In this document: positions 24,731 to 40,702 of the stretch, in pieces
Layout: each line of letters opens with the position of its first letter
Position numbering within the stretch: the first letter of the stretch is position 1
From: Hyaloraphidium curvatum SAG 235-1
Lineage: Eukaryota > Fungi > Monoblepharomycota
Reading direction: 5' to 3'
DNA: 64,000 nucleotides
Assembly: GCA_025558095.1 (NCBI GenBank)
Contig: JAIVFI010000001.1
Coordinates: 186,001 to 250,000, forward strand
The notes under the pieces: model-generated
The model's database searches: none
Seen by the model: only the letters and a program-made list of their open reading frames with translations
What the model was told of the DNA's origin: nothing
Program-made: the position numbers and the translations under genes

Positions 24731-25609
24731 ATGCTTCCGAGCTCCTCGAAGAAGTCGACCATGCGGCAGGCCCGAAACGTCGTTCCTTCGCGCGCGGACC
24801 CCACGGCGGAAGGACACCGACTCTTCTCGACGGACGCGCGGTGCGCTCTGGTTTGCCGGCCGGACGCGCTCCGGACCTCGAACATGGACTTCCTGGCGCG
24901 CCTCGTCGAGATCCTGACCGAGCGACCTCGGGCCGGCGCTCGCTCGAGTACCTACGTCAGGAGGGTGCTCATCGAAGCCCTGGGCAACAGGTTCTTGCGG
25001 GCCGTGCCAGCGCCGCGCTTCTTTGGAGAGAGCCACGCTCTGCCCGGCATCATGGAGGTGATAGGCCGCCTCGCCGCTTCCGTCGCGCGTGAGAACCTCG
25101 CCGGCACACTTCCCTTCGACGACGTCGAACTCCGGGACACGCTGGTCCACTTGCCCTTTCATTCGGAGGAGCTCGTTCGCTCAATGACGGATCCGGAGGC
25201 CCCCGGTCGACTTCTGCGCCAGGTCCTGTGGGACTACTGGATCGACGCCCGCCATCTGCCCGTGATGGATCTCCAAGACATGCTCATCCTTCGCAACGCT
25301 CAGCTGCGCGCTTACCGGCGTCACTTGGCCCGGAACTTGCCCGTCAAGGACCCTGATCACGCACGCTTTACCTTCGTCCGACCAGGCCGGCTTGCCACTT
25401 GTCCCAGGAGCCAAAAGGAGTTCTGGGCCGACCTCACGGCGTGGGACATCCTCGTTTTCGACGCGTACCAGGCAACGGGCGACGGACGCAGATGGGGTTG
25501 GCTACTTGGGGGCACCGTGAACCCCTTCAATATCCTCAGATCGATCGAAGCCTCTCACGTCGGGGGACGGAAGCTGCATGGCGTGTACCTGTGGGAATAC
25601 ATGAAATGA
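24731..25609 (+). CDS. Unknown protein family, copy A (292 aa)
   Basis: Clearly paralogous to 26077-26937 (LPFDxVELRDTLVHL; EFWADxTAWDxLVFDxYQATGDGRxWGWLLG). Confidence 0.7.
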   Translation: MLPSSSKKSTMRQARNVVPSRADPTAEGHRLFSTDARCALVCRPDALRTSNMDFLARLVEILTERPRAGARSSTYVRRVLIEALGNRFLRAVPAPRFFGESHALPGIMEVIGRLAASVARENLAGTLPFDDVELRDTLVHLPFHSEELVRSMTDPEAPGRLLRQVLWDYWIDARHLPVMDLQDMLILRNAQLRAYRRHLARNLPVKDPDHARFTFVRPGRLATCPRSQKEFWADLTAWDILVFDAYQATGDGRRWGWLLGGTVNPFNILRSIEASHVGGRKLHGVYLWEYMK

Positions 25610-26076
25610 AGTCTCTTTGCTTGTAAGCTCAGCAGGATACGTTTGCGGGCGCGATCGCTCCGATGTCTACGTCACCGGTCACTCGTCTCCCACATCCACT
25701 TCCTCGCATGGAGCCGGGAACTGAAGTCGCTCTACGGGTGGCCGGCAAGGAGCCCGACGGCGCCAAAGATCGTCGTCATCGACGTCGAGATGGAGAGGCG
25801 CCGGCGCGATCGATGCCCAAAGGCGGACGGTGCGTCGCGGGGGGGCCACTCCATGATCGACACTCTGGCCCTGGGGCCGCATGGAATGTACACCATGTTG
25901 CCGCGCCGCGGAGCACCTCTGTTGACGCGATTTGGGTGCGGCCGACGACGGCATGCCGATATCAGAGGGGCACGTTGTTTGCTTTTGTTTCGCGCAAGCG
26001 TCGACCGATGACTGGGCGTCAGCCTCGATCAAACATCTTTCCATTCGCCGTCCATAAGTGCTTCTGCTGCCGCATC

Positions 26077-26937
26077 ATGCCGCGCAGCTCCTCGAAAAAG
26101 TCGACCACGCGGTCCAGAATGCCGCGTCAGCGCCGCGAACTCCCGCCCCCCGACGACCCGACCGTGGACTTCGCCGAAGGCTCGTGGGCCGCGCTCATCT
26201 ACCGGCCGGACGGCCTCCGGGCCCTGGACGTCGACGGCCTGGCCAGCGTCGTCGAGATCCTCACTGGAAAGCAGCGTCGTGGCGCCAGTGCGGCGATTTA
26301 CCTCAGGAGAGCCCTCGACACTCAGTGGCCCGCGGAATTGACCGCCGCGCTCGAGCGTAGCCATGCTTTGTCAGCTTTGATGAGCCTCATGCGCCTCCTT
26401 GCTTCCTCCGTCGCGCTCAAGAACCTGGCCGGCGAGCTTCCTTTCGATCACGTCGAGCTGCGCGACACGCTGGTGCACCTGTCGCTCCCGGATGAAGATC
26501 GCGTTCGAGCCATCACCGACCGCGAAGCCCTCGGACGACTTTTGCGCCAGCAGCTGTGGGATTACTTCCTCGAGCCCCGCGATCTGCCCGTGACGGAGCT
26601 CCAAGACCTGTTGATCCTTCGTACGGCCCAGCTGCGCCGGTACCGCCGCGTCGTTGCCCAAGAAATGCCGCTGGAAGATCCCGATTACTGTCGGTTCAGC
26701 TTCGTCAGGCCGGGAAGGATCGTCGCGGGTCCCAGGAGCGAGAAGGAGTTCTGGGCCGACATCACGGCATGGGACGTGCTCGTCTTCGACGAATACCAGG
26801 CCACTGGCGACGGGCGCAAATGGGGTTGGCTGCTCGGACGGACGGTCAACCCTTTTAGCGTCTTTCGGGCGATCGACGCTGCTCAAGACGGCGGACGGAA
26901 GCTGAATGGATGTCATCTGTGGCAGTACATGCGCTGA
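26077..26937 (+). CDS. Unknown protein family, copy B
   Basis: Paralogue of copy A. About 100 bp upstream of the ATG (25972-26076) is also homologous to 24629-24730. Confidence 0.7.
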   Translation: MPRSSSKKSTTRSRMPRQRRELPPPDDPTVDFAEGSWAALIYRPDGLRALDVDGLASVVEILTGKQRRGASAAIYLRRALDTQWPAELTAALERSHALSALMSLMRLLASSVALKNLAGELPFDHVELRDTLVHLSLPDEDRVRAITDREALGRLLRQQLWDYFLEPRDLPVTELQDLLILRTAQLRRYRRVVAQEMPLEDPDYCRFSFVRPGRIVAGPRSEKEFWADITAWDVLVFDEYQATGDGRKWGWLLGRTVNPFSVFRAIDAAQDGGRKLNGCHLWQYMR

Positions 26938-27128
26938 ATGTGTGATTGGAAGCTGTGTCTTAGTGCAGTTGGACGTCGATGGTGGCGCCGAGAGTTCCTT
27001 GTCCGGAGCGCATTTCGCAACTGGAACACGTCAGCGGACGAATTCACGGATTCACACATCCACCACAAAGCAACTCGCCTTCGTCCGGCCGACAAATCAA
27101 GCGCCAGTCGAAGAAAAAGCCGTCCCAC

Positions 27129-27940
27129 ATGGAGCCGGAGACTGAATTTGCCTACGGGCCTCGTGGGAGCTCCCCGCCGCCGGCCTTCGTCAGAAGCCTC
27201 GCCAGCTACGGGCCCGAAAGCGCACGGGCGCTGCTTTACTACCCTGAAGACATCCGCTCCATGTCGCTCGAAGAGCTTGCGCTGCTCGTGGAGCTCGTCA
27301 CGGGCGTCGAATTCGCGGAAGGACCTGAGCCGGGTGACTACATCCGCGACGTGCTGGATGCCCGCGTCGCGGATTGGGGAGCAACCGGGACCGCGGGGCT
27401 CACCAGGGAGGAGGCGCTGCGCGGGACTCTGGCGCTCATGCGGGATTCGTGACCTGGGTGGCGGCCGAGAACCGCGCGGGCAGGAGGGAGTTCGACGCGC
27501 TCGGGGACACGATGCTGCTCGAGGTGCCGTTCGCGGAAGACATCAGGGCGCTCACGGAACGCCGCCATATCGTGGCCCTGATTCGCTATCTTCTGTGGGA
27601 CTACTACACGGACGCGGACAGGGACGCCATGGCGGAAGATGCCCTGAGGCAGCTCCTGATATCGCGCGTCACCCACATCATCGCCTTCCGGCGCAAGCTC
27701 GCCAAGGACTTTCCGCTCCGCGACCCGGACCACATGTGCAAGTTTGTGTGGCCGATCGGGTCAGCCAAGGTTCCCACGGTGGAAGATGCGATTATCTGGA
27801 TGAACATCGCCTATACCGAGTACTACGAGACGCGCCACCACTCGAAGTGGGGCGGGCTCGGCAACTTCGAGCCCGTCAGCGACTGGTCCTTGGTGGCGGG
27901 TGCCGCACGTGCCCATGTGGACCTCGAGGCCGGCATTTGA
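27129..27940 (+). pseudogene. Divergent copy C of the same family, with a 1-bp frameshift near 27442
   Basis: Shares LLYYPEDIR, ENRAG, LLWDYY, DPDH and KWGGL motifs with A/B. ATGCGGGATTCGTGA needs one more G to read M-R-G-F-V. Could be a sequencing error. Confidence 0.55.
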
Positions 27941-28306
27941 TTCCTTGCCCTTGCAGTTCTGCCCCGTCCCGCGGACGTAGACTCTTTGGATCAGCCCGAC
28001 CTGAACGATGTACAGCATTGCGGGTGGTAGCACGCAGGCATTGTTTCCGGGCGGATGATCCTGCCCAGAGTAGATGCTACGGGGCCGCGAAACCATTCCT
28101 CGTCGCGGTGCTTGATGGCTTGTCTCGTCGCCTCTGTCTTTCCCTGCCATTCGATCCGAAAAGATTGCATCCATCTTTTTCCGTGTCATCTGCCCGCACA
28201 TTAGGGTAGATGACCTGCTGTGGATGCAGAGCTGCATCAGCACGGAGTTGAATGTGGACGGTCCCTTCGAGACGGCCGGGGTCTCACCGCCGCCCCCGTT
28301 CCCGCG

Positions 28307-29870
28307 ATGTCCTCGGCGTACGAGCGCTACCAGGCGCAGCTCGCGGTGCTGAACGATGCGGAGCGCAAGCGGCGCGCGGAGGACGACCGCGCGCGGGCGG
28401 CGGCGGCGGACCGCGACGGCGCGATGGCGAAGGCGCTCGCCGACCTCGCGAAGCGGCGGGACGGCCTGCAGAACGCCGAGCGCGACCGCGCCGAGAAGGA
28501 GAAGGCCGAGAAGGAGCGCGCGCGCGTCGAGAGCGCCAAGCGGCGGCGCGAGGACCCGGAGGAGCCGCCGCGGAAGCGGCAGAACCTCTCGTTCGAGCAG
28601 CTGATGGCGCTGGCCGCGGAGGGCGCAGACGCCGCGCCGACGCTCAGCGCAGAGATCGTCGCTTCCAAAAAGGACGCCAAGCCGGAGGAGAAGGGGAAAT
28701 CGGAGGACAGGGACCGCAGGAATCGGGGCGCGGAGGGCTCGTCGTCGGACTCGGACTCGGGATCGCGCAGGTCGCGGCCCAAGCCGCCGCAGAAGAAGCC
28801 GCCGCCCGTGCACGAGTCGCGGCTCAACGGGAGCGCGGCGCCGGCGGCAAAGAGCCTGTTTGCGCCCAAGTCGGCCAGCGGGCTGCTGCGGCCCGCCTCG
28901 GCGCCCCCGTCGAGGTCGCCTTCCACCTCGTCGAGGCCACCATCGGTCTCGCCGCCGAGCCGCCCGCCCCCTGCGCAGCACAAGTCGGCGCCGACGGGAT
29001 CCACGAGCAAGAAGAGCCTGATGCTGGAACCCGGGGTGGAGCTGATCCTGGCGCAGACCGAGAAGCGCGACACCCGGACCGTGGCCGACATTATGGAGGA
29101 GAAGCTGGAGCTGAAGAGGCTGGAGAGGGACAGGGAGAAGCAGGGCGCGTCGCAGGGCCCCCCGTCGCCGCCCTCCGCGTCGCGCAGCGCCACGAGCCGC
29201 GCATCGTCGCGCGAGCCCGAGCGGCCCCCGCCGCGGCCGACGAAATCGGAGCCCGCGAAGTCGAAGAAGGACGATCCCCGCGCGTCGCCCGACCCGCGCA
29301 CCTCTTCGGGCCTCAAGCCGCCTTCCTCATCACGCTCTGCCCCCGCCCCCGCCCGCGGAACGACACCGATCCCGCCGGGCCTCAAGGAGGGCAACCGGCA
29401 CGAGCGCATCCTCCCCCCCAAACCCGCCCCCGCGCCGCCCCCGCCGGCGCCGGGCAACCGCCACGAGCGCCTCCCCCTCCCCCCCCGCGACCGCCCGCCG
29501 TCTTCCTCGGCCTCGGCGCCCCCCCGATCGGCTTCGGAGCGGGACCGCCGGCCGCCCCCGCAGGACGATTACCGCTCCATGCTGGACGACGTTCTGGGCG
29601 GGTACCGCAGCCGCTTCTACGGCGCAGGGCGGCACGAGTCGGACGACGACGGGTCGGACATGGAGGCGGGGGCCGACGAGATCCTGCGGGAGGAGAGGAG
29701 GGCGTGGGTACAACGTGCTGAGTGCGTCGGGATGCGCTGTTTGTGCTGATCGTTCCCGTGTGCGCAGGAGGAGCATCGCGATCAGGGAGGACATCGAGCA
29801 GGAGAGGTTGGAGAGGGAGATGGAACGCGCGGAGCGGGCCGAGAAGAAGGCGGCCAAGAGGAAGGGGTGA
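28307..29870 (+). CDS. SPT2: SPT2-like chromatin protein
   Basis: C-terminal DDDGSDMEAGADEILREERR-[intron 29704-29767]-SIAIREDIEQERLE is the SPT2 signature; low-complexity middle. Confidence 0.75.
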
Positions 29871-30223
29871 AAAGAGGGGAGGATGGTTACGGGGCGATGG
29901 GGCGAGGGGACTGAGGATCGCCGGCAGGATGTCCTGCCGAGCCTGCGAGGAGAAGGCGTAGCGATCTGCAGGGACGAACGACGGGTGGCAGGGAGGACGG
30001 GCTTCTTCTTGGAATGCATTGCGTGCCTCCTTCTGGGCCCGCAAAGCCACCCATGCAACGCACGCGATCGCCGCTCGGCACCAGCCCTCGAAGGAACCCG
30101 AAGAACACCTGCGGCCGAGGACACGCCATCCCCGTGCGGCGAACTCCAGTCGCACCGAAAACCGTTCCTCGTCGAAAAAGTGAGTCGATTTCGCGGGGTT
30201 TCGCGGCCGAGGACGGAGTTTGA

Positions 30224-32622
<2,399 letters not shown>

Positions 32623-33066
32623 TCGGCGCGGATTATCGACTGTTCCAATCGTATTTGTTGCTTTCAAAAAGGTGTCTTGAAGTTACGGCGACGGCTCGGT
32701 TGCGTTCGAGTGGGAACGGTAGTGAGAGTTGCAAGTCTTGGTTGTTCCTTGTGTATTTCAAGTGTGAAGATCGTTGGAGTTGACGACTCAGGCTCAATCC
32801 GCCGTCCTCATCGCCGCGCACATGAGCTTGAGGCTGTACTACCCGCTGGAGGTGCGGCTGCAGGTAAACGACTCCCGGGACGCGGGACGGTTGAATCCTC
32901 ACCAGCCTCGGCCCCGACGCAAAGAAGCACCGCGCCTGCAGGACCACGAAAGGCACGCGGTCTATTCCGGTCAACCTCGTCTACGCCAGAGTCCTTTTCT
33001 TCTCGAGAATGTGGGGTCTCTTTGCGGGATTCGCGCTTGGGAGGGACATTGACGGTGTCTCCCTGA

Positions 33067-35489
<2,423 letters not shown>

Positions 35490-35752
35490 AACGGGTAAGC
35501 GCAGATTCCCTGGATTAGTGGGCATCCACAAGGCAGATCGCCTCGATCTGCGGGCTGTATTTCCTCGACACTATATCTCTTTATCCCTAATGACGTGAAT
35601 CGTGCGTCGTGGAACTTGAACTTGGTTCGATTGGCGATTTGGGGCCCGCCACCTCCCGCCACGCGTGGCGGATTCGCGGGTCCCCCACCGGTTTCCGGCG
35701 AGAATCCGCGCGCAACGCAGCACCTCCGTGTCCTGCGAGCAGCTCAGCTCAG

Positions 35753-37264
35753 ATGTCCCCCTCGAATCCCGTCGCGTTCTCGCCGGAGGAATGGGCGGCA
35801 TTGTTCCCCGCGCGTGTGCCGGACGACGCGGGACTCGGCACCGCATCCGCGGACGGTCTCCCGTCGCCCTCGTTTCCCCACGCGTCCCTTTCCGCGAACG
35901 CGCTCGTCGAGGAGCTCCAGAGCTCGTCCCCGCTGCTCGCGGGCTTCGTGCGGGTCGAGCTGCTCCTGCTGCCGCTCGCGCCTTCGAGCGTCTTGCGGGC
36001 CGCCGCGGACTTCGTCGCACGGATGGCGCTGCTTCCTCTTCTCTGGGTCTTCAACGGCCGGGATCCGCAGTTCACGCAGAGGGGGCTTGCAGCAGGCACA
36101 GCCGCCGTCGTTGTCGCTGCGCTGGGCCCGCTCTTTGTACCGCTGTGGGCCTCCTATCGAAGCACATTCGCGCGGCCATCGCCGTCGGCGGGACAGGACA
36201 TGAGCTCGCACGCTTACGCGGTTGTTGCTCGTTGGCTCCAGCTGGCTCGCACGGCAGAGTTGCCGGATGGGTTGGGCGCGGCCGAGTCGCCTCTCGTTTC
36301 CCACGATTCGAAGGACCCTCTGTGCCCGTGCTCGAGACCGGAGTGCGCAGGAAACTTGCCACGAGCGGCTGGAATCTACCGCTTCGTGGAATCCACGTGG
36401 CGCATCCTCCTGACAGCGTTCTTGGTGGTTATCTCGTGGAATTGGACACTCCTGGTCACCTTCGCCTCTCAAACCTTTGCCACGCCCTACGGTATTGTGC
36501 TTGTGGTGCTCGCCCTCGCTGCCTACCTTGCATACCATCCGACACAAGTTCTCCTTCGTTCGCCCGCCAATCTTGCGACTTTGCAACTCTCCCTTCGTCT
36601 CCAGCGCCGCGGGATGTCGCTGGCGCTTTCATCTTTCCTCAGCCGATACCGATCCGCCCTCTTTGGACCCTCTCCCCCCGTTGCCGGCTTCCCCGGGGCC
36701 GCTCGGGAAGCCTACGTCGAGCTGGAAGCAGCATTCACCGCCGTCTGGCGGCGACGCCTCCCATTCCTTTCCTTCGGCGCCACGATGATCATGTCGATGA
36801 TTCCGACAACGCTGTTGGCGATCCTGATCGAAATCGCGGCAGGTTCTTGCGTTCCAGCGTATTTACTGGGTATCCTAGTGCTGGTTCTCTCGATGCTGAC
36901 AACGGACGTCGTCAACACGGCGGCCTCGAACGAACAGATCACCGACATCGCCGAGCTCTTTGCCGAGGCGCGCACGGCGGTCAGACGGATGATCGCGCGC
37001 GCAGAAACGGACCCCTCGTCGCTTGCGCCCTCGCCGGGCGGCGCCGAGCTGCTCGTGGGCCTGCGCGCGCACGAGGCGCTGCTGGCATCTTTTGCGGAGG
37101 ACGCGCCGAGGAGGTACAGGGGGAAGCTGCTGGGATTTGCTGTGGATGCGGGAGTTGCAAGGACGATGGCCGTGACTTTGGTCACTGTTGTCGTCACTCT
37201 TTGGTCGATCCTGCGGGCGTCGGGCGTGTATGTGACGCTGCAGACCGTGTGCCCGACGGCATGA
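35753..37264 (+). CDS. Multi-pass membrane protein of unknown function
   Basis: Intronless ~500-aa ORF with 6-7 hydrophobic segments and a CPCSRPEC motif. Confidence 0.6.
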   Translation: MSPSNPVAFSPEEWAALFPARVPDDAGLGTASADGLPSPSFPHASLSANALVEELQSSSPLLAGFVRVELLLLPLAPSSVLRAAADFVARMALLPLLWVFNGRDPQFTQRGLAAGTAAVVVAALGPLFVPLWASYRSTFARPSPSAGQDMSSHAYAVVARWLQLARTAELPDGLGAAESPLVSHDSKDPLCPCSRPECAGNLPRAAGIYRFVESTWRILLTAFLVVISWNWTLLVTFASQTFATPYGIVLVVLALAAYLAYHPTQVLLRSPANLATLQLSLRLQRRGMSLALSSFLSRYRSALFGPSPPVAGFPGAAREAYVELEAAFTAVWRRRLPFLSFGATMIMSMIPTTLLAILIEIAAGSCVPAYLLGILVLVLSMLTTDVVNTAASNEQITDIAELFAEARTAVRRMIARAETDPSSLAPSPGGAELLVGLRAHEALLASFAEDAPRRYRGKLLGFAVDAGVARTMAVTLVTVVVTLWSILRASGVYVTLQTVCPTA

Positions 37265-37294
37265 ATCGGGGAATAGCATTCTTGAAGACATCTA

Positions 37295-38305
37295 TTAGAA
37301 CCTGGTGTTGTGCTGAAGGAAACGGCGCTCCGAGTCCCTGGTGACCCAGCTCCAGACCTGAATCTCAAGCTCGTGCTCCTTAAGCTCCGAAGGCGACATG
37401 TTTAAGTAGGGCACGAGCTCTTCAATCTGCACTTTCAGACCAGGTTTGGACCTGAGGACAGCATCTAGCCCTGCCGCGCCCCATTGCACCAGCGAAGCCC
37501 CGCATCCCATGCCCATGACAGAGAGACGCTCCAAGTTTGGAGGGAGGCCGTCGCAGATCAGATCGAAGGAGTCCACCATGTTCAGTTGCAGGTCGACGAC
37601 CGAGGGTAGGTTGACTATCGCACCCCAGGTTTGCTCCGATACGAGCAGCGTCCAGCTCGAAAGCTATGGGGTCAGGTTCGGGCCGAGGAATGCGATCGCG
37701 TCGAACTGGTCTGCCTCCTCGTCAAGGCACTCGTTGATGGTGTCCACTTCCACGTCGAGCTCCTCCAGCATCGGAGCATTGGAGAGTATGCTTCGGAGTT
37801 CCTCCACCCTGCTTTCCACCCAGTGACCGACGTATCGTACCCTACGCAAGCACGGAAAATCGAAGCCAAGCGGCTTGCTGTTCAATTCTAGCGCGAAGTG
37901 CAAGGTTCCGATGCTGATGTCGAGTTCGACCAAGGTGCGAGGCAATTTCCCCAGAACGTTTTCCAGCTCGTCTTGGCGGATCAGCAGTATCACTTCCAGC
38001 TTGGCGGATTCGAGCCTTGGTGCGCTTGCTAGGACGCGCAAACAGGCGTCGTCGAGCCTCGTCATTATGCGAATGCCACCGAAGTCGACATGCCGGATGT
38101 ACCGCAGCCAGTCGTTGTCCCGCCACAGCTTCTCCCGGCGCTCAGTCTGGGTCCGGCCTTCGAAGCGGGAGAAAACAAGTGGGACGAGGAGCTCCAGAGT
38201 CGCGCGCGATGCCTGAGCGAAAGCTAGCTGGGACCGCCGAGGGAGGAGACAGGCAATCTTGTAGAGGATTTCCATGGGCAGCACGGGGGCCCCGGAGGGC
38301 TTCAT
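37295..38305 (-). pseudogene. F-box/LRR-like gene with an in-frame premature stop
   Basis: N-terminal LPMEILYKIACLL F-box-like motif. TAG at 37664-37666 is followed in the same frame by LSSWTLLVSEQTWGAIVNLPSVVDLQLN-MVDSF..., continuing to 37295. Confidence 0.65.
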
Positions 38306-38383
38306 TGGTGTGTGGTCGCAGGCGTGCGGTGACTAAGCGATTTCGAAGTCTGCATCTGAACAACTGGTAGTCCATGTCACTAT

Positions 38384-40181
38384 CTACATCTTCGAGTTCC
38401 ACGCCTTGCCTCTCCCGCGCATGATCCTCACCGCGACGAAGAATGTCACACCCACGGTCAGCAGCGCCGACGTATAGAAAATCAGCGGCAAAAAGTTCGA
38501 CGTCTTTGTCCCGTCCGGATTCACCGTCGTGTTGCTGTCAATCATAACGCCGCCCAGCGGCCCCGAGACGAGCGCCGGGAACGGGTAGGTCCAGAAGAAC
38601 ATCCCCAGCCGCGTGGCGAGGCCCTCGATGCCGTAGATGGACGCGATCGACGTCGGGATGAGCGACACGAAGCCGCCGCCCGAGAGCCCGAACGCGACGG
38701 CGAACGCCACCATGACCCCGTACGAGCCGGGCGCGGCGACGACGCCCGAAAGCGGCCAGAGGATCCAGCAGCTCAGCACGCCGCCGAACATGCTCGAGAG
38801 CAGCGCGTCTGCCGAACGGGTGAGCTACAGCTGGGGACAGGACGACGGGGAGACCCACTGAGGGCGCCGAAATAGTCGGCGCACAGGCCCAGCGCGATGC
38901 GGCCAAAGGCCGAGGCGCCGTTGAGGATGCCGACGAGGAGGGCGCCCTGCGAGGCGGTGTAGCCCTCGCCAGCGGCGAAGGGGGAGATGAAGAACCACGG
39001 GTTCATCATGACCTGCGAAAGCTGGGTCAGCAAGGGGACCAAGGACGCCAGATTGCGGCCCATCGACCCACCATGACCCACACGAACGCACCGGTAAACA
39101 TGAGCGAGAACGTGGCGTCCTTGAAGTAATCAAAGTGGAAGAACGTCCTGTCCGCGTCCTTCTTCTTCTCCGCGCCCGCCTTGCTTTTGCCGAAGCGGAA
39201 CCCGAACGGCCAGCATCCCCCCGGCTCCTGCGGCTTGAGCCGCGACCGCATCACGGGGGACAGCAGCACGACCACCGTCCCCGGGATGATCCCCAGCACG
39301 CGCAGCGCCCACCTCCACCCGATAGTGTCGATCATCAATTGGGTGAGCGGGCCGATGGCGAACCCTCCCAGTCCGGTGCCTGCCACGGCGATGCCGACGG
39401 CGAGTCCCCTTCGCTTGCGGAACCACGTGCCCGGCGCGCCCACCACCGGCGGGAACGCGCAGCTCATCCCCGTGCCGTACAAGACGCCCTGCAAGAGCGC
39501 CAGGCCCGCCAGCCCCGCGGACTGCCCCAGCGCGCCCGTGACGAACGAGGCGCCGAGCAGCCCGGCGACCATCAATGCCGAGCCGACGAGCATCATCCCC
39601 GCGTAGGACCACCGGTCGGCGAGGCGCCCCGTGACGGGGGAGAAGAAGAAGAGGGAAAAGTTCTGCAGCGAGCCGATCAGGCTGCACAGGGTCTGCGAGG
39701 CGGTGCCGCCGGGGGTCTCGGGCGGCGGCCAGACCGGGGAAAAGACGTCGTGCGTGGTGTAATACCGCTGGAACACGCCGTAGGACCAATTCGTGCCGAA
39801 CATGGCGAAGTGGCAGGCGAACGAGGCGGCGACGATGACCCAGCCGTAGGGGACGTCGGGGTCGGGGATCGGGGGGCCGGCAGGGGCGGCAGGCACGGCG
39901 GCGTCGGCTTTCTGGGCCGGGGGAGGTTCGTGGGGCTGGGTCGGCGCGTCGTCCTCGACGAAGGTGTCGGCGTCGGCGTCGAGCGGCACGGCCTGTTTCT
40001 CAAGGTCCTTTCCGCTGGTGGGCGCCGGCAGGTCCTTTCCCTCCGCGCCGACCGGCTTCTCCGCGTCCTTTCCGTCGGCCAGAATCGGTTCAGCCGAAAT
40101 GCCCCGCATTCCCGTGTCGACGGCCGCGTTGGGCGCCGCTGGGGTTGCCTCGCCGCCGGGGTGGCCTTCCGCGGGAGACAT
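38384..40181 (-). CDS. MFS transporter, monocarboxylate (MCT/Mch) family, multi-exon
   Basis: PDVPYGWVIVAASF; SYGVFQRYY; TGRLADRW; WFRKRRGLAVGIAVAGTGLGG; GRIALGLCADYFG. Confidence 0.9.
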
Positions 40182-40702
40182 GCCTGGCGGGCGGATGCCG
40201 CGCTCTCTCGCCCCGGTTCCGCGTTGGAGTGGGAAAGCGGCACGTCAGGAGCCGGTGGGAAATGTTCCGCGCGTGTCGGAGCGGTGGAGGCCGTGCAGGA
40301 GGGAAGCGCGCGGATTGCGGATTGCCGCGAGTTTGCCCCACGGCGCGGGCGGCGCCTGAGGCGTCTCGAGAACGGAAGGCGGCCGGATGCGCGATTGAAT
40401 GTTCTCGCATCTATCTGCACATCATCCAGCATGATGGATTCGAAGATGACGGCCCGGCCGGATGGGTTGGGGGTGGCCGTAGCGCCTGAACTGGCCAACG
40501 GACGACTTCCGACCGGACCGACAGCGGCCATCACCCGGGGACGGGCCAGCCAGCAAATCCATCAGCGCTGATTTTTTCTTGCAGCGCTTTATTCGAGAAA
40601 GAATCGGCAGGCAGTCCGGGGTGGGGTGGGGAGCTAGCTTGATTGATTGAGTTTGGCCGGCCGGCCCGGATCACATCCCAGAGTCCCCCCGATGTTCCCC
40701 CC

